Assembly: GCA_002269645.1 (NCBI GenBank)
Contig: NIVC01002793.1
Coordinates: 62,001 to 126,000 of the forward strand
DNA from: Macrostomum lignano
Lineage: Eukaryota
Direction: 5' to 3'
Length of the DNA: 64,000 bases
Positions 33,920 to 62,036 of the stretch are shown here, piece after piece (within the stretch, counting starts at the first letter, position 1; every line of letters begins with the position of its first letter). A program made the position numbers and the translations under genes. Below the pieces are notes generated by a model. That model searched no databases, had not been told where the DNA came from, and worked only from the letters and a program-made list of their open reading frames with translations.

Positions 33920-35243
33920 TAACGTTAGAAAATTTGGACATTAATTAGATCGAGCTTTTGATTCGAATTACTTTGGAGTGCCATACTACGATTATCTGAT
34001 ATTCTGATTTCACTGGCATTTAGTATTACATATTTACTTAGTAATTATAGCTAGCATTTTGTATTAATTTGACTGCAAATAAATTTACCACTGAAAATAT
34101 CATGCCCTCATTTACAATACAAATTGTTTGTAATCAGAAAATGCCAACTATTACATGTACATGTATATCAATTAATGCAACTAAATGATGTGTAACACTG
34201 CAGTCTGCTGCAGTACCTTAACAAACATACATGAAGCTAACATGAATAGTACGAGCTATATATATGACCTTGCTCTAAGAAGTGACATTTTAAGTGTTGG
34301 AAGATGTATTGGCAGAATTAAAGCATCAGACACTGCAGCATTAATTTAGGTGTTGGAAAATATGTGTCGGTGAATGTTAACTTTTACAACACCTTTTCCG
34401 ACACTTTTTGCGACATTTTAAGGATCATAAAATGTGTCGGAAGATCTGTCTAAAAATGTGTTGGCAAAAGTTAACCATTGCGACACTTTTTGCAACACTT
34501 TTTGCAACATTTTTAGTGTTATAAAATGTGTCAGAAGATCTATCTAAAAATGTGTCGGCGAAAGTTAGGCCTAACTGGTGTGACACTTTTTTTGACACTT
34601 TTTGCAACATTTTAAGTGTTGCAAAAGAGTGTTGGAAAATCTGTCTGAAAATGTGTCAGCGAAAGTTATACAAGTATAATGTACTAGTGTTATACTTAGT
34701 CTTAATATTCTGTGATAGAAAAATGATTGCATCATATTTTTGCTAACGAAAGAATAGCAGACAAACTAGCAGTAAACAAAATGACCATCAATCTTTAAAA
34801 AAAACCTTTAGGCTTATAAAACCTTTTTTTTAAACTCAACTTATGAAAACCTGATGACCTATGGCTATACAATTTATTGAAATTTTTCATTTTTGGTATA
34901 TACTGGCATAGGCCATACATTTAGCTAGGATAGGATTTTTGTTCTGGCATACACTACTATACGATCCAGTCGAGACCCTGGTTAAGCCCCTAGGCCTAAT
35001 TAATAAATTTATAAAACTTAAATATTAAAAGTATTCATCATAGGGCCTATAAAAGTTTACTTTTTCTGCTATTTCAATTTTTAATTTGCCTTGCTACTAT
35101 CGTTTGATCTACACATCTATGCAACTTAAGAATCATGAGATTTAATGGTTAGGCCTATGGCGAAGTTGGCTGGCTATTTCAGTTGTAGCCTAGGCCCCTA
35201 ATTTAAATAGGTTTCTAATAAAACATTGTGAATTTGATTGATG

Positions 35244-35816
35244 GGCAATCCTACACTTCCGTTCGGTAAATTGTTTTGACACTGAATTTTGAACAGGCGT
35301 GTTAAATAACAATGTAACCAAACAAAACTGAAACAGTGGAACATGGTAGCAGTCTGTTAGAGTGCATAGTCACTTAGAGTGTGTCTGCAGGTCATTAAGG
35401 TGTCTATAATGGATAGTAATGTCCAATCCAGTACAGGATAGCCCCAAATGGACATTGGGGATATAGTCTGACTATAGACAATGCCAGAGGAATTCCTCAA
35501 TGTGTGCATTGAAGAGAGCATCGCTCGTGCTATGCATGTTGCAGATCTTGCACTTTGCGTGGGCCTATGTGCCCTCCACGGTGTTGGTGTGGACTGTTGG
35601 GTCTGCTGGATCTACGAAGTGCAGCCGATGGGAAATGAGAAATTGAAGCTCAAAAAACAAGCAGCTCACAAGCAACAGCTCCCTTAAACTGACACCCCCT
35701 TAAACTCTGTTCGCTCAAACTTTTGGCCATAGACACATTGCCAATTGACGTCATTTGACTCGGTGGTACGAATTCAAATGTTAAAATAATTTACCGAACG
35801 GAAGTGTAGGATTGCC
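35244..35816 (-). mobile_element. 573-bp Merlin (IS1016/ISXO2-like) deletion derivative
   Basis: TIR GGCAATCCTACACTTCCGTTCGGTAAATT and 8-bp TSD GATTGATG. The minus strand 35470-35630 encodes HFVDP..VHTNTVEGT*AHAK..EEFLW. Confidence 0.85.
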
Positions 35817-36200
35817 GATTGATGATATGATATGAAAATATGTAATATTTATTATTTACTTAGGCCTACTCCCCACCTAGACTGAATTAGGCTTAATAAC
35901 GACACTTGCTCACACAAGTTCTCTCTCGCACAAGTTAAATAAGAGCAAAAGCTAGACTTGATACAGCAAAAACACAAACAGCAACACATGCTTTTGCCAT
36001 CTCATTAATTAAAATCTGCATTTAGATTTTACCTGCCTGCTTTTCAGCTGGTGTTAATCATATCTTTAAATAGGCCTACACCTTTGTCGCATCATTTTTG
36101 TGTTGGAAATGCTTCTAGGTAGGAAATAGGAATTAGTTATGACCTGCGTCCTGCACTGTCCTGTCTGACAAGTTATTTACGATAATTACCGATTTAAACT

Positions 36201-38959
36201 GGGTGTGTATAAAAGCTGGCACTGGCACATTGGACACATTGGACACCCCTTTTTATAACAAAATTAGATATGAAAATGCAAAATAAACTTGCGGAGATAC
36301 TTTTAAATAATTTAAAAAATTGATAATAATAGAAATGACATCCTTGCTTTCGTGATAGATGATTTGTTAAATATTCTTTGTATTATCGTTTTTTGTACAT
36401 GTTTAATTTGGCATTCGATTTTTTAAAATAATCGCACATGCAAAAACTGCAGCTTGCAATGCTATTACACTGTGATTTTACTACCCGAAGGTTCTGTACT
36501 ACAGGCGTACCGATTTAATGCTAAATATGCCTGATATATGAAATGATCAAACTAATAGTCAGAACTCAATTTTCCATAAAATGATGAAGCATTCTGCTCT
36601 TATCAAAAAACCACAACTTATTTTGTTAGGATTACTTCATGAAGAACGAACTTTGGATATTCCAAATTGCAAGTATTTCTATATTAAAAAAGTTAATACA
36701 TTGGCAGATTATTTGATGAAAAAATTGCACCCAAAAAGTTTTTTTTACTTTGTAAGATGATGATTAAATTAATAATTTCCAAGCTTCTTCTTTTATTAGT
36801 TCAATTACTTTTTGTATGATTTCAACCAACAAAAAAAGGAATAGCTACTCAGTGAAAGTTCAAATTACAGTCTCTTCTTTATATACAATCCTTTTAAGAA
36901 AACATTATTATGAATAATTTGCCAAGTCATGATATTTAAGAAATTGTGCTAATCATTTAAATTATGAGTTAAAAAATGCAAGCATATAAGTAAAAAATCT
37001 ACCTCACAGACCAAGAAGTCTTTTTACTGAAAGTTTATATGTGACGCTTTGAAAAAACAACATATAAACCATCTTCACATAACATTTATTGTCATTTATT
37101 TCAGACCTAAATCCTTTAGCACATAAATATTCTGCACGTATGTTGCAGGGTATACTTCCTTCTTCTAAAATCCTACAAATGCCACAAAGTTTTAATAGGC
37201 AAATTTATTCGTATTGTTTATATTAATATTTCTATATTTATGAGAAGTTTTCCAATAAGAACAAGTTCCCAATCAGTAAAACACTATATTTTAATTCTAA
37301 TGTCCAAAATTATGGCATTCTAAGGGACCAAGTGATAGGTTTTAAGCTACTATTAGCACCTGCATGATTTATTTATTTAATACCTACACATTCCTTAATG
37401 TCTATAGTTCGCCTAATTGCCTAATTGCTAACCCTAATTCTAGCCTTCTTGGCTTACAAGTTTGAGTCTTCACAGCATATTATTCAATTCAAGCCCTACT
37501 AATTTTATTAGCCTCTCTTAATTTTATAAAATAATAATTTTCTTTAGTGTAACTGCTCCAAAAATTTCAACTTTAATTTAAGTGGTGTGCCGAAACACCA
37601 CTTGCACCATTACAGCCGTCTATAATTTTTTTGTGCTAATTGGTTGACCACTTTCAATAATTTTCTTGGGTCAAGAGTGTGATATATGCATATTGCAGCA
37701 TGAATTTTTTAAAGAATCCCTAATTTTATACAAGGAATCATATATATTTATAGAAAGTTAGCTCTTAGAGTAGAGATAAAGTACATAAGACTATTAATAG
37801 CAACTTTTCATACAATTGCTTATGGTAATGATTTCTATTGTTATAAAGTTACAAATAAATAAAAAGTTACATTGCATTTAAACTGTACTTTATGAGTTGT
37901 AAGCCTTTCAACTCAGAGTGCACTTCAATTGCTTTAATATACATTGCTAGATGTTATTTAGCATTTCTTTGTTATTTATCATTTAACTCATTGCATTGTT
38001 TAATTGCTAATTTCATTTGCTCGGCTGCAATATTTATTACTTTTTATTAATGCCAATGTTTGTAATACTTTTTCTCCCCATTTTTAGTGTTTGTGGTATT
38101 CTTTTGTCAAATTTTAATTTTCCGCTGTATCTATCTTTACAAAAAATTGTACCTGTAAACTTATGGTTTTTTGCTTACAATGGTACTGTACTAAATTATA
38201 TTTATTTCCTTGTTAGATTCTCTAAATTGAAAAAGTAATGCACTGCTTTATTATCATGCATATTGAATATTAAGGATAGTTAGTATTCCTTCCTTGAAAA
38301 AGATTCTAGAGTTGGATTCTATTTGATAAGAGAATAAATAATTTATTGAGTTTAAATGTTTTTAAAACATTAATTAATTGCATTTTGATGGAAATCACAA
38401 CTTAAAAAATTATTCGTTTTTTTATTTAAGACACGGGGGATTTTAAAAATCCATATTAACAGCAAATCAAACATTAACATTATGGGAGAGAGAGAGAGAG
38501 AAGGATTAGATTCACTTTCACCATTGCTGTTGATTTATGGAAAGGCAGTAAACAAGCCAGAGCAGCTGCAAATAGTCAAATATGCCATGTCCGGCAATAA
38601 AATTCTGCAACTAGTCTGCTGCTCACTTTTTCCAACGTTTATTGAGGACAAGAAACGGCATTTAATGTTTCTATGTTTTCTGTAAGTGCACCAACTAGGT
38701 AAATGAAAATGACGTACCGAAAGTAGTTCGACAATAAAGCAAGATAAGAAATGAATTTAAATGTAGAATAAAACTTGTTGATACTACCAATCTCATGGTT
38801 GTTAGAAGTATATGAAAAAGTGCAATTATAAATAAATATTTACATTTTTATTCGAAAGCCAAAGTATATTTATTCAAACAAAACAACGATCAAAACTCGA
38901 TTTTTGTTAACATAAGGGGTGTCCAATGTGCCAATGGTGCCCTGCTTTTATACAGACCC
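36201..38959. mobile_element. 2.76-kb non-autonomous MULE-like element
   Basis: GGG...CCC termini, imperfect TIRs of about 55 bp, and 9-bp TSD ATTTAAACT at 36192-36200 and 38960-38968. Confidence 0.75.
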
Positions 38960-40539
38960 ATTTAAACTGACTTCGTACATGTTGCTCAATATTATAACAC
39001 AAATGGTACACTAATTAACACAAAAACGCATTAAACTTAGCCACTTAGGTCGTTCTTTTTTTACATCTAATGCTTATTCAGTTGAATTAACTGTCTCAAT
39101 ATCATACATTTAAATACCGAAAAAATGAAAAACGCTACAAAAATTAGCAAGTCAATTGTCTTGATGAAGCATGCATGGGATCAATCAAGATATTGAATAT
39201 TTCTGTGAACAAATAGGCTTACTTCGATGGACTTTATTTCATGGAAAATGACCATGCCTTAATTTCTAGTTTTCCGTTGAAATTTAAGTCTATTTATCTC
39301 TAGTACATGCGCGCTCGTGTGGTGTACATGTACATGTAACTAATACCACATTTATTCTATATTAGTTTTGAATTTTGATTTATATGCATATATGCATTTT
39401 CACGTATACACAACGCATTTTTGCCCTTACATTCACAGTTTCACTGGAAGACTCGAAGAATTGAGTGTGATTTTCTGAATCAGTCGATCGTTTTTCGGCT
39501 ATACATGTACATGACACGGTACGTTGCATGCAAGGACCATTGAAGTAGACAGTGGTCCTCTACAGATGGTGCTTGGTTGCATGTGCATGTCTTGGACAAC
39601 TGGAGCAGATTATCTTTTAGAAATGAGCTTAAAGCCGGTTATACACTTTATTCGTATCTCTATAGTGCATTTTAGTAAGCTATATTGTAGCTCGTATAGC
39701 TGTCAAGAAATCGGCCGGATTCTTCTAGCGCGAACATGTTGATCGTCGTTTCACCCGACGTTTTTGTCAGTGGGAGAAGCCCCATTAAGCTCTCTACAAT
39801 TCGCTAGCATACGAAATTCATTATAGTGATACGACAAATAATTCACACGTCCCTACCGGCCTCCAGCTCATTTAAGAGAAAATCCAGTAGTGTATACATG
39901 CATGTCGCGTCCTTCTAAAATGTACTTTTCAGGAGTCCATACGGTACATGTACATGTAAACCTATAGCTGTACTACTGTACAATGTATCATGAGAACAAG
40001 GGCCGACTGTAGTACAACTACAGTTTATACTGTATATTATTCCACAGTGGTCTTTGTGTGAGAATTTAGCTGCACACCCAGTAAGTCCGAATTTTATAGC
40101 TTCAACTGTATCGTGCAGTGTGTGAGCACGCGAGCACAAAGCAGCGTACACCAGAATTTTCCATGGAATTAAAATTAAATGGAAAATTAGAAAAACCCGC
40201 CATGTGTTTCGGCTTAAATTGTACATTCATTCCATTTAGTACTGTCTACACTGCAACATGGCCCGGCACCGACAAATTAATACTTCTGCAAGTTCTTAAT
40301 TGTACATTTCCTTTATCAGATCATTATTATTTCATGTTGAAAAGTACAGCCTTTCTGCTTCACTCAAGCACCGGCCTACTTTTGAACATGCAGGTTTTAT
40401 CGTTCCCGAAGATTGAAAAGGATTTACAACACATGTTGCATTCAAAAAGCTGCATAAATAGGTCCATCTTCTTCAAAGCTCATTCCAGCTGTTTTTGCAG
40501 CTCCTCTCCAGAGGCATCCTTCAAGTCTTGACCTTCTCT

Positions 40540-40720
40540 TACCTTTTTAGCGCACCACGGACACACGGGACCAATGCGGGACGTCCTTTCTCAACCGGAT
40601 AGTTTGGGTGGCGCGCAGGCGCGTCCGCCTTTGCAGGCATCGCTACGAAGCTACGCAGCAGGAGGTGGGTTTTGTTCTGCGGGTAGGGGGCGGAACGGTC
40701 TGTGAGAACTCCGCACTGAC
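40540..40720 (+). promoter_or_regulatory. CpG-rich putative promoter region of the GPCR gene
   Basis: Abrupt change from AT-rich DNA to CpG-rich DNA, with CCAAT (about 40573) and GGGGCGG (about 40687). The TSS is not determinable. Confidence 0.35.
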
Positions 40721-41997
40721 TGACGGAGAAAACTGTCCCAGCCCCGAGCGACCCTGAGCTCTCCTGAACTGCACAGCACCATCCTCAATTCCCTTCTCTA
40801 CCTTCTTTTTCCCGGCTCCTCTCTAATCCATTCAGTCGTATTTCTGTCTCTCGACGCGCAAACCATGCGTCTATCCGTGACATTCACTCCTGCCTGCCCA
40901 CGTCTCCATTCTCGCAAAAATTATATTCCCCTCCATATACTGCTGCTCCCTGTCCACTTCCCACACACCAAAGCTCTGGCGGAGAAGCCGGTGCAAAGTT
41001 TGGCTCTATTTGGCGGGCGCACGAAAAACCGACAGTAGGAGAGAGTGCAGTGTAAGCAACTGTGCAACCAACTCACGCAAACTAACTTGCGCTTATACCA
41101 CTCACTCCTCTCTCTTTCTACAGCCGTATGTGCCAATTCTCAGTCCTCGCTATAAACCATATACTTTCTAGCACATTTATTTCTTAAGCTGACCGAGTAA
41201 AATCCCCAAGGGGATCGCCAACACAACGTTATTACTAAGAAGGCGCTGTTACCTTTCTGCTGGCTGTGGCTGAGGAAATCCCGGGGAGACATTCTGTAAA
41301 AGCAATCCGAGAAGAAAAAGGAAGTGCAGAAGACTGAGACGCAGGAGGCCGAGGTTCCGTGGGAGGGAGACGGCGGGCTCCTGAGTGGGAAAGGATACGT
41401 GGAGGAAAAGTGAGTCCGGAGGGAGTAGAGGCTTGGCGTTGCAGCTGCCTGATCCCTTCTCTCCCTATTCGCGCCTCCAAATCTCGCTTTCATCTCCTCT
41501 TCCATTATGTCTCCTGAGAGCGACCCCCTCAGTCTAAATCCTTTTTACTGCTTCTCCCCTTTGGCAGACGGTTTTTTCTGACACCCTATTGCTTCTCATT
41601 TTGGCTATATCCTCGAGCTAACAAGGAATCTCTGAAGATTATCCATACATTTATCCTCTTACCCACCCCACTAGCTTTTTTCCCGTCTCCTTTTCTTTCC
41701 TGCCTAGACTGCACTTCTCCACCCTTCATTTTTTGCTTCCTCTACCCCCCGCTTATATCTGCTGTCCAATCCTTCATCGGCTCGGTCCTATAGGCAGAAT
41801 GGGAAGGAAGGATAGAATTACCCCGCGGCCGATTCAAAACCTGGACCGTCACTAAGAAGCCCCCCATCCGGGAGGAGAGAGAAAAGAGAATCAGCTTAGA
41901 ACAGGACCTGGCAGGAACCCCGACAAGAATTGCTAATTGATAGCCGGCTCGTGTCTGTTATCCAACTAATTTTTGCCAGAATTTCCAAGACAGGTGC

Positions 41998-57991
<15,994 letters not shown>

Positions 57992-59419
57992 CAAAGACAC
58001 GAGCTGCGGTTAAAAATTCTTTGCTTTTTTGTCTTTTTTCGGTCTTTTTTAACTTTTTGATACATCAAAGGTATGCATGTGGAATTTTTTATGATGTCAC
58101 TTCAACCCAGATCTCAACCCAGTTGGATTCATACAGATATTTTCCCGTCAGTATGTCGATCCCACGCAGCTATCGACGTCGCTGGAAAAATGTACTTTTA
58201 GATTGCAGCGAAGTTTTGCCGACGCATTGCCGTCATCATCCTTTCGAACAATGTAAAAAAACGATTTATATTTACCAGCAACGTCAATCAACGTAGGTTA
58301 CCTCGGCGGATGTCATAAGGTTGCACTGGAATTTGCGCCTGCCCAAATTGTCACGTGTTTTATTTTTTTGTCTTTTGGAGATTTGAAGCTACGTTTAACT
58401 TAACTTTTTAATTAAAATTTTAATTTTGAAGTTAATTTCATGCAATGTTTGCGATTTTAGTTTCATTCATGTAGATTCAGAAGGTTTCACTGGTCTTCAG
58501 GATTTTCATCCGAATGTGTTATTACTGGCTACTTTTTTCAATTTGCACACGCACAATTCAATGATAGTGACTTTATATTCGAGCTATATAAATGTCGTTT
58601 TTTATATTCGGATTTATTTATCTGACATTTTGTAACTGCGCGGATATTTTGAAAATCAGTTCTTAAAATTAGGCATAGCGACTTGCGCCGTCAGTACAAA
58701 TTATGGTAGTTTAATGTTTAATTGTTTATACTTAAAATTTTATTTTCAAAATCATTAAGTCTCGCCTTTCGTTTTTAAGTATAGGGTTGAATCGTTTTGA
58801 ACGGCTTGTTCGCTTAAAAAGGAACTCCTACGCTTTAGTTGGGATCAAATCATAGCTGTACCGCCACAATTTGAAGAAAACCTCTAACTGACACGCAGTG
58901 AAGCTGTCTTGCATTCCTTACTATCTGTCTCCACTAGTCAGACTAAAGTCATCGAATGTATTTGATACCTGTTAGCCCCGATAACAGGCACGCAGTGTTC
59001 AGCAGCTCACTGCAACTGTGAATTAATAAATAAATAAAAGCACCAAGCTGCCGACCTGCGAATTCTGTCGTTGCAACATCAGTGACTGGTTCTGCAAATA
59101 AATATTTTATTTCGAGCTACTTTTGGACTCGATCATTATTCAGCCAAGACTTGAGGTTTCCAGTTGTAGTTGAAAGTTAAGTGCCAGGTGTGCACAGTTT
59201 CTTTATTTATATTTTAGTCACCTTAGAAAAACTACACGATCGGTATATTAAAGAGCCAGAGATATCACGTGATCAATAATACATTATCCAGATTATTTAT
59301 CAACTACTCTACTGAAAGTAGCAGTATAAGTAAAAGACAAGAATAATATTAGTATAGTTAGCATTTACGTTGTACCATAATTATACGAGCTAGTAGAAAC
59401 ATCAGCGTAACAATATTAT

Positions 59420-61376
59420 CATCAAGTTGACCCTTTAAGTTACGACACAACATCTTACTCCTATCCAATTGAAATCACCAGCCGTAGCGCTGCAGAGGAC
59501 GTCGCGGACGAGTGGACCGTCGCAGAGCCCGAGCCGGTGGTCCATCGGCTGGACCAGGAGTCGGTGTTCGAGCCTTTCCTCCTCCGTCTTGCGTTGCCCA
59601 CTCTTGGACATCCACGAGAGGATCAAACTCGCCAGCCGCAGATGCCTTGTAGTTTAGTCGCAGAGATGTCGGCACCAGCGCTTGCTGGTTCCAGGTGCTG
59701 CCGTCCGCCAGTCGACAGGCCGCCTTGACGATCTGCAGCGGCGCAGAGAGCCGGCTGCCGAGCTTGCCAGGTCGTGTTGGCCGGCGGATCCGGACCCAGT
59801 CACCGGTGCGTAATGTCGGCTGCCGGGCTCCACGCCGTTGGTCGGTGTACGCTGAAGTCCGCTGTTGACGCTGCTGAATACGTTCGGCGATATCAGACTG
59901 CGCAGCAGTGCCCTTCTTGACCGGAGCGAGTAGAGACATGGGCGTGCGCCAACGGCGACCCAACATCAGTTCGGCCGGGCTCTTGACAGTCAGGGCGTGC
60001 GGCGTGCTGCGGTAGCTCTCGAGAAACTGCAACAGCGCGTCCTGCATCGGCACGTTGACGGCTCTAGACGCTCGAATGCTGTCCATCAGGGACCGTTTGA
60101 GCCGCTTGGTTTGACCGTTGGTGCTCGGACCGTACAGACAAGTCTTTAGGTGTTGGATGCCCCGCTCTTGAAGGAACCCGGTAAAGGCGTCGCCGAACTG
60201 AGGTCCGTTGTCGGCAAGGACCTTCTCGCAGAGGCCCCAGCGTGCGAACAGGTTGCGTAGCACCTTACAGACCGTGTCGGTGGTGATGCTTGAAGTCGCG
60301 AAGACCTCCAGCCCCTTGCTGTGCAGATCCGTGATGACCAGTAGGAATCGTGACGACGCCGGCGCTGCCTGCAGTTCACCCACGATGTCGATGGCGATCT
60401 CTGTCTAGTGGCACTGGCAGGGGCTGCAGCGGAGCCGATCGCAGCTTGAAATTTTTCTCCACAGTCTCGCAGGCGCCGCAGTCTCTGACGAACGTCTCGA
60501 CGTCGGCGTCCATCCTCGGCCACAAGGTGAACTCGCGAAGCTGCTGCTTGGTACGCACCGCCCTCGGATGTCCCGCATGCGCGGACTTCAGAAGCTCACG
60601 CCGCAGGTCCTGTGGGATGACGGCGCGGTCTTGGAAGGCCAGACAGGAGCCGTCTTGCCAGGTGCTAAAATGCTCTCGGACTTTTAAGTACGGCTGCAAC
60701 TCCGTGTCCTTGGCCAAACTCCAGTTGCCGGTGGGAACTCGCTGAATGACTTCGCGCAGGATCGTGTCCTCTGCTTTGGCCGTCGCTAGCCGCTGTGGCG
60801 TGACGATTCGGAGTCGAGGCATTGCGGTGTCTGGCAATTGGATGATGTTCATGTCGGACCCGCAGCTCCACCTGGACAGCATGTCGGCCACCAAGTTGCG
60901 ACTCCCCGGGAGGTAGCGCGCATGAAATTCGTACTGCTGAAATCGGTCACACATCGGTGAATGCGCAGCAGATTGCCGCTTTAAGCGCCTGGAAGGCTCG
61001 CTCGCATTCAGCTGTCCATTTGAACTCGGCATCGCCCTTGAGCAGAGGCCTCAGCGGCGTTGTGACCTCGGCAAAGTGGGGCACGAACCGCATCAGATAG
61101 TTTGCCGATCCAAGGAACGCCTGCAGCTCCTTGCTCGTCGGCGCGCGCAGCTCATTGAAAGCCTTGGTTTGAGACTCGGACGGCCGGATGCCCTCCGCCG
61201 AGAAGACAAAGCCGAAGAACTCTAATCTCGGTCTGCCGTAGCTCGCACTTGTCCTTGTTGGCGGTGAGGCCGGCGTCCTCCAGTCGCTTCAGCAGAGCTC
61301 ACAGCATCGAGTCATATTCGGCCTCAGTTGCTCCGAAGACATCCAGTCAGTTGACCCATCAAGTTACGACACAACA
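59420..61376 (-). mobile_element. Internally deleted Ty3/Gypsy LTR retrotransposon (RT tail, RNase H tail, integrase); the 3' LTR extends below 59452 to an undetermined end
   Basis: RT thumb ELQAFLGSANYLMRFVP, RNase H end YLPGSRNLVADMLSR, H2C2 HAGHP..CGAC, and rve DNGPQF..YRSTPH. The polypurine tract at 59453-59466 is followed by TGTTGTGTCGTAAC; the same LTR start recurs at 61376. Frameshifts and stops are present. Confidence 0.88.
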
Positions 61377-62036
61377 AAAAGTATCTAATTAATTGAATGG
61401 GTAGATTCCAAGTGAACAGTGACAGACAATACAAAAAACAAGCACACTGACACACGCGTATTAATGGGTGCATTGAGAACAAATTACCAACAAGATCAAG
61501 CCACAAACAAGTCTCTAAAGTGGTATAATGTTCATAAATTTGTTCCTGACATCAGCTGATTCATTTCGTGCAAATGTCATGGCTGCTACCAGTATAGTTC
61601 AGGGCTAAGCGATTTTCTTTGACAATTATTTCTTTAAATCAAAATCTTTTTTAAATTTCAAGGCAATTGTTTCTGCGCAGTGAAAGAAGTGTCTTGTGAT
61701 CCATTGATAACCTTTTTCCAGTCTTACCGCGCTTAAATTTGTGTGAAAAATGAGACTGGCTCCGATAGCTAACGAAATTCAAATTTTATGCTGTTGTTGT
61801 TAATGCCAATTGAGTTTGCGTCATCGGCGCTGTCAGACTAAATACCACTGAGTCACGCAATTAAAAAACGTATATGGTTTTTACTACCACACTCAGTTCC
61901 AAACCATAGGAGCCGTCGCAACGAATATAACCCAAAAATTATTTTCGGAGAGGCCAGAAATAAAATTTCAATTCTTTTCTGAATTTTCAAACTCATATTT
62001 TAAACGACGAATGCAGTAAATTTACTGCAAATTGTA

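Larger units (their letters stand above)
23720..34685. mobile_element. Candidate ~11-kb element bounded by inverted repeats of about 0.5-0.6 kb (about 23720-24185 and 34065-34685) with internally repetitive, foldback-like ends
   Basis: 23875-24185 is the reverse complement of about 34065-34375 at roughly 90-93% identity. Both ends carry GTGTCGCAAAAAA / ATGTGTCGGCGAAAGTTA repeats. No clear TSD or transposase was identified. Confidence 0.55.

Noticed and set aside
58900-59420. End of the Gypsy 3' LTR and its TSD
   Set aside because: No TG preceded by a copy of the AAAAG flank was found, so the boundary was left uncalled.
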